NCBI GenBank assembly: GCA_963816395.1
Contig: CAWFKQ010000010.1
Span: 184,651-248,650, forward strand
Reading direction: 5' to 3'
Length of the DNA stretch: 64,000 nucleotides
Source: an uncultured delta proteobacterium
GTDB lineage: Bacteria > Desulfobacterota > Desulfuromonadia > Desulfuromonadales > JACZKF01
Position 1 is the first letter of the stretch, and every line of letters begins with the position of its first letter. The notes under the pieces are model-generated. The model was not told where the DNA came from, ran no database searches, and saw only the letters and a list, made by a program, of their open reading frames with translations. Position numbers and translations under genes: made by a program. This document shows positions 31,187 through 42,325 of this stretch, one piece after another.

Positions 31187-31284
31187 TGGGGGCAGAAGCC
31201 GCGGCGGGAATTCGACTCCTGGGGATCAGGTTAAGCTCCGGAAGGGTTTGGCTGCCGGCGAAATAAATCTGGCTCAGACTGGCT

Positions 31285-32715
31285 TCAATCTTTTCTCACG
31301 TCTATATCAAGGGTCTGGATCTTTTTCCTCAAGGTATTGCGATTGATGCCAAGAATTTCGGCGGCCCGCACCTGATTGGACCGCGTCTTTTCCAGGACGA
31401 TATTGATCAGGGGGCGCTCCATTTGATGCAGGACCATTTCATAGAGATTGCTCAGCTCATTGACGTCCATCGGCATCAATGAGGCCCGTAGCTTCTTGGT
31501 GATCAGGGCCTCCAGGGAGTTGTCGTTTTCCTCCCGGCCGCCGGCCAGCAGATCTGGAAAATCGGCCGGAGTCAGCAATTGGTCAGGGGAGAGCAGGGCG
31601 GCACGTTGGATCGTATTTTCCAGCTCCCGCACATTCCCCGGCCAAGCATAGTTTTTGAGAAGGGCCATTGCCTTCTCGGTGCATCCCCGCGCGGGAACTT
31701 TTAATTCCAGATGCGCTCGGTGAACGAAATAATCGACCAGCTGCGCAACATCCTCGCGACGCTCGCGCAGGGGGGGCAGGACAATGGGGACGACGTTTAA
31801 GCGATAAAAGAGATCCTCGCGAAACTCCTTCCGGCGCACCTTCTCTTTCAATTCCTGATTGGTGGCGGCAACTATCCGCACATCGACGGCAATAGTCGTA
31901 TTGCCTCCGGTACGGGTGATTTCCTTCTCCTGCAGGACCCGCAGCAGCTTGGCCTGCAGGTCGAGAGGCATGTCGCCGATTTCGTCAAGGAAAAGAGTGC
32001 CGCCATTGGCCTGCTCAAATTTGCCGATCTTACGTTCTGTAGCACCGGTGAAGGCGCCTTTTTCGTGGCCGAATAATTCGCTCTCCAGCAGTTCGTGCGG
32101 AATGGCGGCGCAGTTAAGAGCAAGAAAGGGTTTGCCCAGGCGGGGACTGTTGATATGAATGGCGCGAGCGACCAGTTCCTTTCCTGTTCCCGATTCGCCG
32201 GTAATCAGGATGGTGACATCGGACGGCGCCACCTTCCCGAGAATTTTGTAGACTTCCTGCATCGGCTGGCTATTGCCGATGATGGTGCGATCGAGTAGGT
32301 AGCTTTCTTTGAGTTCGTCTTTCAGCCGGTGCACCTCTTCGGAAGCCTCCGAGGCTTTTTCCGCCTTGAGAATGATGGCATCGAGGGTATCCAGGTCAAA
32401 GGGCTTGGTGATGTAGTCATAAGCCCCCCGCTTCATCGCTTCCACAGCATTTTTCATGGAGGACTCGGCCGTGATGATGACCACCAGTGCCCCTGGACGT
32501 TCCTCTAAAAACCGACTGAGCAGATCGAGACCGGTGATTCCGGGCATTTTGATATCGAGTACCGCCAAGTCGTAAGATTGCTGGCGAAACAGGGAAAGCG
32601 CCTCTGTGCCGTTGGCGGCCAGGTCGACCGTCATTCCCTTTTTGGCAAGGGCCTTGGAGAGAACCCAGCGGATGCTTTCTTCATCATCGGCAACCAGAAC
32701 GCGTCGGATGGACAT
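31285..32715 (-). CDS. ntrC: sigma54-dependent nitrogen response regulator, NtrC-like (GnfM-type)
   Basis: REC domain, GESGTGKE, GAFTGA and Fis HTH LGINRNTLRKK; in the dusB-ntrB operon. Confidence 0.88.
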   Translation of the reverse strand: MSIRRVLVADDEESIRWVLSKALAKKGMTVDLAANGTEALSLFRQQSYDLAVLDIKMPGITGLDLLSRFLEERPGALVVIITAESSMKNAVEAMKRGAYDYITKPFDLDTLDAIILKAEKASEASEEVHRLKDELKESYLLDRTIIGNSQPMQEVYKILGKVAPSDVTILITGESGTGKELVARAIHINSPRLGKPFLALNCAAIPHELLESELFGHEKGAFTGATERKIGKFEQANGGTLFLDEIGDMPLDLQAKLLRVLQEKEITRTGGNTTIAVDVRIVAATNQELKEKVRRKEFREDLFYRLNVVPIVLPPLRERREDVAQLVDYFVHRAHLELKVPARGCTEKAMALLKNYAWPGNVRELENTIQRAALLSPDQLLTPADFPDLLAGGREENDNSLEALITKKLRASLMPMDVNELSNLYEMVLHQMERPLINIVLEKTRSNQVRAAEILGINRNTLRKKIQTLDIDVRKD

Positions 32716-32755
32716 AATGGGAAATGCCTTTCAGAATGGACACCCGCAGAGCAGT

Positions 32756-33853
32756 TCAGCGCAGGAAGGGGAGAGAAACCGTAAAGACAGTTCCTTCCCC
32801 CGGCGTGCTGTCTACCTTCAGAAAGCCTTTGTGCTCGTTTACGATTTTCTGGCAGGTCGCCAGGCCCAGGCCGCTTCCCCGGCCCTTGGTGGTATAGAAG
32901 GGGGTGAAAATCTTATCGAGTTCCTCCGGCGGAATGCCCCTTCCCGTGTCGCGTACTTCAACTACGATTACTGGCGCCGGTCGAGTCCCCGGTTTATTGA
33001 GGTGATATTCCGACCCGACTTTGGTGATGATCTCTACCCGCCCTTTGCGCTCGATCGCTTCGGCGGCATTCTTGATCAGGTTAAGGAAAAGACGGGTGAG
33101 CAGGTTCTCATCGCCGCGGATCGGCGGAATGCTTGGGTCGAAATTGAGCAGGAATTCCACTTCCTTTCCCCGGTAAGCCGCTTTCTGGAAAAGGACGATA
33201 TCGCCAAGGACCTTGGCCAGGTTTACCTGCGACAAAAGGGGAGGGCGAGAGCGGGCCAGATCCATCAGTTCTTCAATGATGCCGTCAACCCGCTCTACCT
33301 CCCGGATCATGACCCGGGTATACTCTTTCAGCGGGCTCTGATCGAAGATTTCCAAGTCGAGCAACTGCGCCGCGCCCTTGATGCCGCCCAAAGGATTTTT
33401 GATCTCATGGGCCAGCCCTGCCGCCAGGGTGCCCAGCATGGAAAGGCGGTCGGCTCGGCGAACGGCCTCCTCCAGTTCGCGCACCCGCGAAAGATCGCGG
33501 AGGATCAAGACCACCCCCTCCTGTTCCCCTCCTGCAGTGAAGATCGGTGAAACCGAAACGCTGACCGGAATGGGCGGGTGTCCCTGGCGGTTCAGATGAA
33601 TGTTCTCGTGGTCGGAAATCGAGCGACCGCTCCGTACGGCCGAGCGGATCAGGTACAGAAGGTTCTTCTGCCTGGCAAACAGAATTTCGTACGGTCGCCC
33701 AAGGACCTGCCGCTCGGAGATCCCGAAATAAGCCTGCGCGGCCGGGTTGAACAGGGCAATTCGCCCGTCCCGGTCGATGGCTGCCACCGCATCTTCCAGG
33801 TTCTCCAGAACCCGGAGATAGAGCTGCCAGTCAGCTCCGCTCTCTTCGGTCAT
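32756..33853 (-). CDS. ntrB: PAS sensor histidine kinase, NtrB-like (GnfL-type)
   Basis: LAHEIKNPLGGIKGAAQLL, FTPFYTTK and GSGLGL. Confidence 0.88.
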   Translation of the reverse strand: MTEESGADWQLYLRVLENLEDAVAAIDRDGRIALFNPAAQAYFGISERQVLGRPYEILFARQKNLLYLIRSAVRSGRSISDHENIHLNRQGHPPIPVSVSVSPIFTAGGEQEGVVLILRDLSRVRELEEAVRRADRLSMLGTLAAGLAHEIKNPLGGIKGAAQLLDLEIFDQSPLKEYTRVMIREVERVDGIIEELMDLARSRPPLLSQVNLAKVLGDIVLFQKAAYRGKEVEFLLNFDPSIPPIRGDENLLTRLFLNLIKNAAEAIERKGRVEIITKVGSEYHLNKPGTRPAPVIVVEVRDTGRGIPPEELDKIFTPFYTTKGRGSGLGLATCQKIVNEHKGFLKVDSTPGEGTVFTVSLPFLR

Positions 33854-34827
33854 GCCGCGTTCTCCGCTACGGCAGCAAAGAAGGCGGCCATGGTCGAGCG
33901 CATTTCGTCTATCGACTGCAGCCGGTTCACCTCAGCACGGAACTGGGCCGCGCCGGGCAGGCCCCGGGAATACCAGGCGAGATGCTTGCGCAGGTCGCGC
34001 ACGGCTTTGCGCGCCCCAAAAGTCGCCAGAAACAGATCAAGATGCATTTCGGCCGCGCGCCATCGCTCATCCGGCGTCGGGGGAGTAATCCCGCGCCCCG
34101 CCTGTCTGTCCAGAATGTCTCTAAACAGCCATGGATTGCCGTAACTGCCGCGGCCGATCATGATCGCATCACAACCTGTGCGGGCCTGCATTGTCAGGGC
34201 ATCCTCGGCAGTGAAGATGTCGCCGCTGCCGATAACCGGCACCGGCAGGGTTTCCTTCAGGCGGCGGATCAACTCCCAGTCCGCCCGGCCGCTGAAGCCC
34301 TGGGCCCTGGTGCGTGGGTGCAGGGTGACCGCATCGGCTCCCTCGGCGACCGCAATTTCCGCCACCTCGAGGCAGTTGACCGAGTTGCTGTCCCAGCCGG
34401 AGCGGATTTTGACCGTGAGGGGCAGATCGGTTGCCCGCCTTACCGCTGACACTATTTGGCCGACCCGTCGGGGGTCTCGCAGCAACGCGCTACCGGCCCC
34501 GCTGCGGACGACTTTATTCACCGGACATCCGAGATTGATATCGAGCAGGTCCCCATCATCCCGGACCAGACGCGCCGCCTGTGCCAGGATGTCCGGCTCG
34601 TCACCGAACAACTGGACGGCTAAAGGGCGTTCTTCGGGGGCTGAACGAAGCAATTCCCTGGTGCGGCGCCCGGCCCGGACTAATCCGTTGGCGCTGACCA
34701 TCTCGGTAAAAACCAGCCCGGCACCGAAACGCTTCATCAGCTGACGATAAGGAAGGTCGCTGATGCCAGCCATCGGAGCCAGGAAAACATTGTTATTCAG
34801 AGGAAGTCGGCCGATCTGCATAGTCAT
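33850..34827 (-). CDS. dusB: tRNA-dihydrouridine synthase B
   Basis: LAPMAG, DINLGCP, GAGSALL, TVKIR and HPRT. Confidence 0.93.
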   Translation of the reverse strand: MTMQIGRLPLNNNVFLAPMAGISDLPYRQLMKRFGAGLVFTEMVSANGLVRAGRRTRELLRSAPEERPLAVQLFGDEPDILAQAARLVRDDGDLLDINLGCPVNKVVRSGAGSALLRDPRRVGQIVSAVRRATDLPLTVKIRSGWDSNSVNCLEVAEIAVAEGADAVTLHPRTRAQGFSGRADWELIRRLKETLPVPVIGSGDIFTAEDALTMQARTGCDAIMIGRGSYGNPWLFRDILDRQAGRGITPPTPDERWRAAEMHLDLFLATFGARKAVRDLRKHLAWYSRGLPGAAQFRAEVNRLQSIDEMRSTMAAFFAAVAENAA

Positions 34828-34832
34828 ATAGT

Positions 34833-34849
34833 TGCACAATTTTTATGCA
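34833..34849. promoter_or_regulatory. NtrC-type binding site upstream of dusB-ntrBC
   Basis: TGCAC-AATTTTT-ATGCA versus NtrC consensus TGCAC-N7-GTGCA. Confidence 0.55.
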
Positions 34850-34940
34850 TGGTAGCGGGGTGCGGGAGAGAAAGCAAGGGGAAAAAAAAACCGGTAATCC
34901 GAGCCGCCTCCGGGAAATGAATACTGTATACAAAAAGCGC

Positions 34941-34969
34941 TTGACAAGTATGGGTTGAATTGCTAGAAA
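34941..34969 (+). promoter_or_regulatory. sigma70 promoter of gltA
   Basis: TTGACA-N17-TAGAAA with extended TG. Confidence 0.65.
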
Positions 34970-35170
34970 TATAGAGGTGAAAATGAGATTGGACAAATTT
35001 TACTGGGGGCATTTACCGCATCCCCAAATTGCCGCATTTACTGCAAGAAGCTATGTACGTCCAGTAAGAAAAGATTAGACTTTCGATCATCGTTTTAATC
35101 CCTCAAAGGCAGTTCGGCTGGTGGGCTTTTGCCGGGCCCATCGATTTCATTCCACTAAAGGAGAGAGAGC

Positions 35171-36493
35171 ATGGCGACACTGAAAGAGACACTCTACAAG
35201 AAGATCCAGGAGCATCGTCCCCGCACCACCCGTCTGGTCAAGGAATTCGGTGATGTGAAGCTCGGGGAAGTAACCATTTCCCAGGCGATCGGCGGTGCCC
35301 GCGGGGTCAAGTGTCTGGTGACCGACATTTCTTATCTGGACCCATTCGAGGGGATCCGCTTCCGTGGCAAGACCATTCCCGAGACCTTTGCCGCCCTGCC
35401 TAAAGTCCCCGGTTCCGATTACCCCTTTGTCGAGGGGTTCTGGTGGATGCTGTTGACCGGCGATGTGCCGACCATGGAGCAGACCATGGAGGTTGTCGAG
35501 GACTGGAAGCAGCGCTCTCAGGTCCCGCAGTACGTCATCGACGTTCTGCGCGCCATGCCGCGCGATACGCATCCGATGACGATGTTCTCCACCGCCATTC
35601 TTGCCATGCAGCGCGAATCTCTTTTCGCCAAGAAATACGAAGAGGGAATGAGCAAGATGGACTACTGGGATCCGATGTTCGAAGATTCCAGCAACCTGAT
35701 GGCCAAGCTTCCTCCCATCGCCGCCTACATTTACCGCATGAAATACAAAGGGGATACCCCCATCGCTCCCGATCCCAAGCTGGACTGGGGCGGCAATTTC
35801 GCTCACATGATGGGCGTGCCCAAGCCGTATGACGATGTCGCCCGCATGTACTTCATTCTTCATTCCGACCATGAGTCCGGTAACGTTTCCGCCCACACCA
35901 CTCACCTGGTTGCCTCTGCCCTGTCCGATGCCTATTACAGCCTCTCCGCCGGCATCAACGGCTTGGCCGGCCCGCTGCATGGCCTGGCCAACCAGGAAGT
36001 GCTCCGCTGGACCCAGGATTTCATGGCCAAACTCGGCGGTAAGGTGCCGACCAAGGAAGAACTGGCCCAGGCCCTGTGGGATACCCTCAACAGCGGCCAG
36101 GTCATCCCCGGCTACGGGCATGCCGTGCTGCGCAAAACTGACCCGCGTTATACCTCACAGCGTGAATTCTGCCTCAAGAACCTGCCGGACTACCCGCTGT
36201 TCAAATTGGTCAGCATGATCTTCGAAATTGCTCCCGGCGTGCTCACCGAGCATGGCAAGGCAAAGAACCCCTGGCCGAATGTCGATGCCCAATCCGGAGT
36301 CATCCAGTGGTACTACGGTGTTACCGAGTACGACTTCTACACCGTGCTGTTCGGTGTCGGCCGCGCTCTCGGTGTGCTCGCCAATATCACCTGGGACCGC
36401 GCCCTCGGCTATGCCATCGAGCGGCCGAAGTCGGTTACTACCGATATGCTGGAAGAAGCCGCCGGCATTAAGCAGAAAGCGGCTAGCAACTAA
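35171..36493 (+). CDS. gltA: Citrate synthase, eukaryote-like type typical of Geobacterales/Desulfuromonadales
   Basis: GIRFRG, HSDHESGNVSAH, GLAGPLHGLANQEV, PGYGHAVLRKTDPR and NPWPNVDA. Confidence 0.97.
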   Translation: MATLKETLYKKIQEHRPRTTRLVKEFGDVKLGEVTISQAIGGARGVKCLVTDISYLDPFEGIRFRGKTIPETFAALPKVPGSDYPFVEGFWWMLLTGDVPTMEQTMEVVEDWKQRSQVPQYVIDVLRAMPRDTHPMTMFSTAILAMQRESLFAKKYEEGMSKMDYWDPMFEDSSNLMAKLPPIAAYIYRMKYKGDTPIAPDPKLDWGGNFAHMMGVPKPYDDVARMYFILHSDHESGNVSAHTTHLVASALSDAYYSLSAGINGLAGPLHGLANQEVLRWTQDFMAKLGGKVPTKEELAQALWDTLNSGQVIPGYGHAVLRKTDPRYTSQREFCLKNLPDYPLFKLVSMIFEIAPGVLTEHGKAKNPWPNVDAQSGVIQWYYGVTEYDFYTVLFGVGRALGVLANITWDRALGYAIERPKSVTTDMLEEAAGIKQKAASN

Positions 36494-36521
36494 AATTTTT
36501 CCTTCACCTTCGCTGCATAAT

Positions 36522-36558
36522 CAATTGGGGGTGCCTTTCGGGCGCCCCCAATTGTTTT
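36522..36558 (+). terminator. Rho-independent terminator after gltA
   Basis: CAATTGGGGGTGCC-TTTCG-GGCGCCCCCAATTG-TTTT. Confidence 0.85.
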
Positions 36559-36631
36559 ACAGGGGTTTGCTACGGTAAATTTGGCGATCGTTCTCTATCC
36601 TTAACGCCATGCACCGCGCGACGCAAGGTCA

Positions 36632-37886
36632 TCAGCGGGCCAGAATAAGGACGGTGTCGGTGGCGGTTTGTCCCTGGTCGTCGCGCACGGTAAGCCGGGC
36701 CAGGTACTCTCCAGTTTTGTCTGCTAAAAAGAAGGGGGTGGGGGTGTCGGCATTCTGCAAAATGGCGCTACTTAGAGACGGTGCGCGCAAAATCCAGCTG
36801 AAAATGAGGGGGCGCCCTTCCGGGTCGCGGCTGTTGCGTCCATCGAGGGTAACCACCGAGCCCGCAGAAACTATCTGGTCCTTCCCGGCATCGGCGGTCG
36901 GCGGTGCATTCCCACCCGGTGGCATGGCGGTGACGAGTAACGTATCGCTAGCGGCGGTCCCGTGAATGTCGCGAACCGTCAGCACGATCCGGTATTCGCC
37001 GCTCTGATCGGGGACAAAGAATGGTCGGGCGGTATTTGCGTCTGCGAGGGCTACAAGGCTATTGGCAGGTCTGGCAGCAAGGGCCCAATCGAAATCCAGT
37101 AGACTGCCATCCGGATCTCCACTGGAACTGCCGTCCAGATTCACCACCGTATCGACCATGACAACCTGGTCCGGCCCGGCATCGGCTGCAGGATTGATAT
37201 TGGTAGTAACAGAAACGGCCGTGATAAGCACGAAATCGGTTGCGGCGCCAGATCGACCATCACTCACTGTCAGGCGGATCTCGTAGTCGCCGGCGAACAA
37301 GGGGAACGAAGGAAGGGGTGGCGGTGTCGGCTGCGGAGAGGACGATCATGCTCCCGGGTGGCTGGGAGACGACGACCCAAGCGAAAAAGAGCGGATCCTC
37401 ATCCGGATCACTGCTGCCGCTGCCATTCAAGTTAACCACGCTCCCCACGTGAACGGTTTGATCCGTCCCGGCATTGGCAAGGGGAGCCGAATTTGCGCCG
37501 GCAGCTTCGACAGTAACGCGCACCGTATCGGGCGCGCTTTCAGTCAGTCCGTCACTGACTGTCAACTGGATCTGGTAGTCCCCTGGCGTATCGGTGGAAA
37601 AATTGGGGCGAATCGCGGTGGCGTCGGAAAGCATGGGGGTGCTGCCCGGGGGCTGCGAAAGGATAAGCCAGTGGAAGGAAAGGGGATCACCGTCAGGATC
37701 GCGACTGGCGCTACCATCCAGGGTCAACAGGGAGCCGAGTACCACACTCCTGTCCGCTCCGGCATCCGCGATGGGTGGCCGGTTGCCGGGAATGTGTTCG
37801 TCCTCCTCATTACTGCCGCACCCACTCAGCGAACAGAATAAGGCCAGAGCGAGGATCCAGCCCCCTCCTCCCCGTGTTCTCATCAT
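36632..37886 (-). CDS. Lipoprotein with four tandem PKD/Ig-like repeats (frameshift ~37295)
   Basis: Lipobox LSGC; four repeats of P.A.AG.D..V..G..V.L.G..S.DP...L.F.W...G.Y...LTV.D. Confidence 0.8.
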
Positions 37887-38013
37887 TACCTCCCCGGTAG
37901 CCGCGACCAACCGACGCTGAAAAAACATAAATAAAATCTAACCTTATTTATTGCGTCGTCAAGCTAGAGGGGGATCTTAGCGTGCGGCAATCCCTGGGAG
38001 GATCAGCAAACCT

Positions 38014-39927
38014 TCAGAATGGTGACCGGGAGAAGTGGCGTTTGGTGGCGTCCTGCAGTTTGGTGACGGCGTTGAACGATTCTCGCAGTAGATCCTGCTC
38101 ATTGCGGGACAAGGAATAGGGATCGAGGAAATGGCTCGGTTTCTTTCCTTGGTCGATAAGGGAAATTTCCTGGCGCAGGCGGAGAAAAGAGAGCGCCTCG
38201 AAAGCAGCACGGATATGCTCGGCGGTTTCCGGCGCGAAGACGTTCATTTTTTCCAGGCTCTTGAGCCGCTCCAGGGTGGTAACTGCCTGCACTTCCTTTT
38301 CCAAGGCAAACATTCGAATGCAGTCGACGATGTAAATCGTTCCCCCCTGCTTCAGGGAAAGCTCACCCTTGTGCTCCCCTTCCTTCTCCAGAATGAATCG
38401 TCCAAGCAATCCTACGGGTACTTTGTAGCGTAGGTCAAGGGACATCATGTGGTACAGAAACCCCTGAAATTCATGGATTTGCCGGAAAACGATCCGGCGC
38501 AGATCGTGGGCGAGTCCGGGGTCTCCGGCCAGGGGAACGAAATCAAAGAAAATGGAGGAATAACGGACATTCTGCGGCTCGGGGTCATTGACCCATTCGC
38601 GAATGCGGCTCTCCCAGTCACTCAGACGTCCCCGCCAGAGGGGATTGTTGGCCATCACCTTTCCATAGCAGAGAGGATATCCGACCTCATCCAGGGCTAG
38701 TACCAGGCGCTCGGCAAAAGGATTGAAGAACGCCTCGGCTTCGGCAAACTTCTCCTCAGGCAGGTCTTCGAAAATAAAGCCATTATCCTGGTCCGGGCCG
38801 AGGAGCATCTCCCGCCGCCCGCCGCTGCCCATAAGCAAAAAGCAGAAACGGATATCCGGGGGCTCCCGGCCGGATTCACGCATTTCCTTCATGCAGATGT
38901 CGTAGGTCTGCCGAATAATGGTGTGATGGATATAAGAAAGAATTTCCATCACCTCGGGAGTGCTGCGGGTTTCGGACATGAGGTTGCGGGCGACCCCGAC
39001 CAATTCACGACGAATTCCTGCCAGGCCGGCAATTGTTTTTTCTTCCCGGATGTTGCCAACCAGGAGCATGGCTTTTTGGCTTCGATATCGCATCAGGTCG
39101 CGCAGGGAGACAACTCCCACCAGTTCGCCGCGATCGATCACCGGCAGATGTTTGATGCGGTGTCCGGTCATGAATGTTACCGCTTCATACATATGGGTTT
39201 CCGGCCCAAGGAAGAGAGGTGGGGAATTCATGATGTCGGAGGCGGTAAGCAATGCCGGATCGGCCTCTTCCGGGACGATCACCTTGGCGACCAGATCATC
39301 CTTGGTAAGGATTCCGACCACCCGGTTCTGGTCATCGACAACTGGCAGGCAGCCGATCTTTCTCTCGGCTAGCCTGCGTGCCGCTCGCCGAACCGATTCC
39401 CCCGGGGCGCAGGTTTCCACCGGCGTCACCATGATTTCAGAGAGGCGTTTTTTGAATGGGTAAGCCTCCATCTGGGTGATCGCCTGTTGCCCGTGATCGG
39501 CGACAATATCCGAGTAAAGGCGCCGGATGCGGGATAAAACAATATGGGTGAAAAATTTCCTCAGCTGAGGATAATCCTTTTCCGCGCACTTCAGGATCTC
39601 CTCAGGAATCAGATAGCATTTGGTGATTTTGACGGTGCGGGCACCACCGGTGTACGGTTCGCCAGTGAAAATTGGCGTACCACCGAAAAAGGCGCCTTCC
39701 TGACGGTAGTCGACGACCATGTCGATGCCGCCGGGGGTGAGGACAGTGATTTCCACCAGCCCTTCCTTGATCACGTAGAGAAAGCCGGTCGGTGGATCGT
39801 TCTGACTGAAGATGATGGTGCGTGGCGGAAATGTTTTTAGAAGAGCGGCGGCGCGGATCTCCTGAAAGACAATGTCGGGGAGATTGTTAAAAGGTTCGGA
39901 ATCCTGAAGATGCTTGATGATACTCAT
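38014..39927 (-). CDS. cNMP-binding + CBS + DUF294 putative nucleotidyltransferase
   Basis: cNMP domain (LYVIKEGLVEI, FFGG), CBS pair and GSGGRREM...DQDNG Pol-beta-type motif. Confidence 0.88.
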   Translation of the reverse strand: MSIIKHLQDSEPFNNLPDIVFQEIRAAALLKTFPPRTIIFSQNDPPTGFLYVIKEGLVEITVLTPGGIDMVVDYRQEGAFFGGTPIFTGEPYTGGARTVKITKCYLIPEEILKCAEKDYPQLRKFFTHIVLSRIRRLYSDIVADHGQQAITQMEAYPFKKRLSEIMVTPVETCAPGESVRRAARRLAERKIGCLPVVDDQNRVVGILTKDDLVAKVIVPEEADPALLTASDIMNSPPLFLGPETHMYEAVTFMTGHRIKHLPVIDRGELVGVVSLRDLMRYRSQKAMLLVGNIREEKTIAGLAGIRRELVGVARNLMSETRSTPEVMEILSYIHHTIIRQTYDICMKEMRESGREPPDIRFCFLLMGSGGRREMLLGPDQDNGFIFEDLPEEKFAEAEAFFNPFAERLVLALDEVGYPLCYGKVMANNPLWRGRLSDWESRIREWVNDPEPQNVRYSSIFFDFVPLAGDPGLAHDLRRIVFRQIHEFQGFLYHMMSLDLRYKVPVGLLGRFILEKEGEHKGELSLKQGGTIYIVDCIRMFALEKEVQAVTTLERLKSLEKMNVFAPETAEHIRAAFEALSFLRLRQEISLIDQGKKPSHFLDPYSLSRNEQDLLRESFNAVTKLQDATKRHFSRSPF

Positions 39928-40252
39928 AAGTGCGACCCCGGCAGGACAGGCAACCCGGAGGATGCCGGTGCGAAAGAGCCTCCCTGCGGGAGGCTCTTCA
40001 ACCACTGCCAACCTAACATTTGCCGGCATGGCCCGGCAATCATTTTCAGCAGCATTTCCCCGGCGGTTTGTCGTGGTGGCGAGGTTGTCGGTCGAGGATG
40101 ATGCCAATCACGAAGCATGCTAGGCTGGCGGCCATCAACTCGCCAATATGGGAGAAGAAATTGCGGGTCAGCATCAGGTCAACCCCCATCAGAGCGGTAC
40201 CCAGAATCGCGAAAGCCATGGCCAAACGCTTGCGGTTGAAAAAACGTTTCAT
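39924..40252 (-). CDS. Small hypothetical membrane protein (probable frameshift ~40058)
   Basis: Two TM segments (LAMAFAILGTALMGV; LMAASLACFVIGIIL); the shifted continuation ends in an ATGA overlap with the DUF294 start. Confidence 0.5.
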
Positions 40253-40316
40253 ACCGGTCCTTATTCGCAGAGATGCATGAAGCGGAATCAGCGGGCGACC
40301 GCCCCGTTTAGCTGAG

Positions 40317-42000
40317 TCATCTTTCGCCACCACCGGGCAGGTTGTGAAGTTTGCAGAGAATTTTATCCATTTTCTGCCGTGAACTATCGGGCACTTTTTC
40401 GCCGGTGAGATTGGAGACGATGATGTTGATGAGAAAAGCAATCGGGCAGACGAAGAGCGCCGAAGACGTCGCCGGCAGGATGCCATCCGCCTGAAAAAAA
40501 GGAACCTGCGCCATCCAGCCGCCCATGGCCAGCAGAGTCATCCCCAAGCCCCAGATCATTCCGGCAAGGGCGCCATATTTATTGGCTCTGGAGTACCAGA
40601 TCGCCAGGACGGTAGCGGGAAATATGGTGTTGCCGGCGATGGCAAAAGCCATGGCGACGATCTGGGCGATCAGCGCCGGCGGGTTGAGGGCGGTGAGGAC
40701 AACAATGCCGCACAACAGGGCGGTGAAAATTCGGCCGATGAATAACTGCTGCCTTTCGGAGCTGTCCGGGCGGAAGACCGTAGCATACCAATCGTGGGCT
40801 ACCGCCGAGGCACCCGCCACCAGCAAGCCGGCCACGGTGGAGATGCCGGCGGCCATGGCGCCGGAGGCCAGGTAGCCGAGAAAGGCACTCCCCAGCCCGG
40901 CACGCTCGGGGGCGGAGAGGATGATGACGTCGGCAACTTCCTTGCCGCCCAGCGGGTCCATGAATCTCCCCATGGCGGCATAAACCGGAGAGGACCAGTA
41001 GAGCAGGCCGATAAAGAAAAGCCCCCAGAGTACGGATTTGCGGGCGATGTCCTCGTTCTTTACCGTGTAGAAACGAATCATGATGTGGGGGAGCCCGGCA
41101 GTACCGACCATCAATGTGAAGACCAGGGCGATGAAATGGTAAATGTTGCCGCCCGTTCCCCATGGCAGATAGATCTTGCTGACTGACGCCAGGTTGTTCA
41201 CCGGTCAACTGTCCGCCGACCGCGTGCGAAACATGTCCTTCCATGAGCCCGGAGAGGACCTTGCCATATTCGATCTGGGGCAAAATGCCGGCCCCGCCCG
41301 CCTTCTGAATCAGGACCCACAGCGGGATGAGAAAGGCGGAGATGAGAACCACATATTGAATCTGCTGATTGCGGGTGACACCGGTCATACCGGAAATAAG
41401 CATGTAAGCAAGGGTGACGCCGGCGGCAAAAAAAACGCTGGAGGTATAATTCATGCCGAAAATCCAGCCGCAGATCAGGCCGATTCCCTTGAACTGGGCG
41501 GTGGCATAGGTGATAGCGATAATGACCGTGACGGTTGCGGCGATCATCCGTACCGAGTGGCAGTCGTACCGGTCCCCGAGAAATTCGGGGATGGTAAATT
41601 TGCCGAAGCGGCGTATTTGCGCTGCGAGCAGGGTGAGCAACAGTACATACCCTCCAGTCCAGCCGATGATATAGCCCAGTCCGAACCATCCCTTCAGATA
41701 AAGCAACCCGGCAACGCCCATGAAGGAAGCGGCAGACATCCAGTCAGAGGCAATCGCGGCGCCATTGCCAAATTTACCGATTCCCTGTCCGGCTACCCAG
41801 TAGCCGGAGGTGCTGGATACCTTTGAAAGAAAGCCGACTCCGATATAAAGAGCCAGAGTAGCCATCATGATGACGGCCGGGACCATCTTGAAGCCTTGCT
41901 TGATCTGGTAAATTTCTTCGCCGGCGGCAGCCCAGACAAGACCAGCGGTAAATAAAACCGCAATCAGGGCCAAAACTGTATTCAGCACGCTCTTCTTCAT
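40317..42000 (-). CDS. Sodium:solute symporter, VC_2705/ActP-like (frameshift ~41195)
   Basis: ASDWMSAASF, GWTGGY, GKFTIPEFLGDRY and GTAGLPHIMIRFYTV. Confidence 0.9.
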
Positions 42001-42010
42001 GCTTCATCCC

Positions 42011-42325
42011 TCATCTTTTTTTGGCAGCTGGTCGAGCGATCCGTTGATCCCATAAAAAGCAGTAGAGCTTGCAGAGAAGGACGTAGCCAATAGTGCAGCC
42101 CTGCGCGATCAGCCAGTAATGCAGAGGGAAGCCGAGGAATCTGGCTTTGGTCAGGAAGGATGCCCCCAGAGGGTCGCCCAGGCCGGCCAGCCAGATCAGG
42201 ATGGGGATGCCGAAGCTGAGGCCGGCCCAGATTAAAAGCACCGTTCCGGCCACTCCAACTTCTTTTCGCATGCTCGCCGTGGAGGGCTTGAAGAAATTGA
42301 CGTTAATTCTTTCTTTGGCAGCCAT
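42011..42325 (-). CDS. DUF4212 symporter small subunit
   Basis: INVNFFKP and FLGFPLHYWLIAQG; immediately upstream of the symporter. Confidence 0.82.
   Translation of the reverse strand: MAAKERINVNFFKPSTASMRKEVGVAGTVLLIWAGLSFGIPILIWLAGLGDPLGASFLTKARFLGFPLHYWLIAQGCTIGYVLLCKLYCFLWDQRIARPAAKKR

Noticed and set aside
34921..34940. LexA/SOS box (TACTGTATA...)
   Set aside because: The second half-site ACAG is missing at the required spacing.
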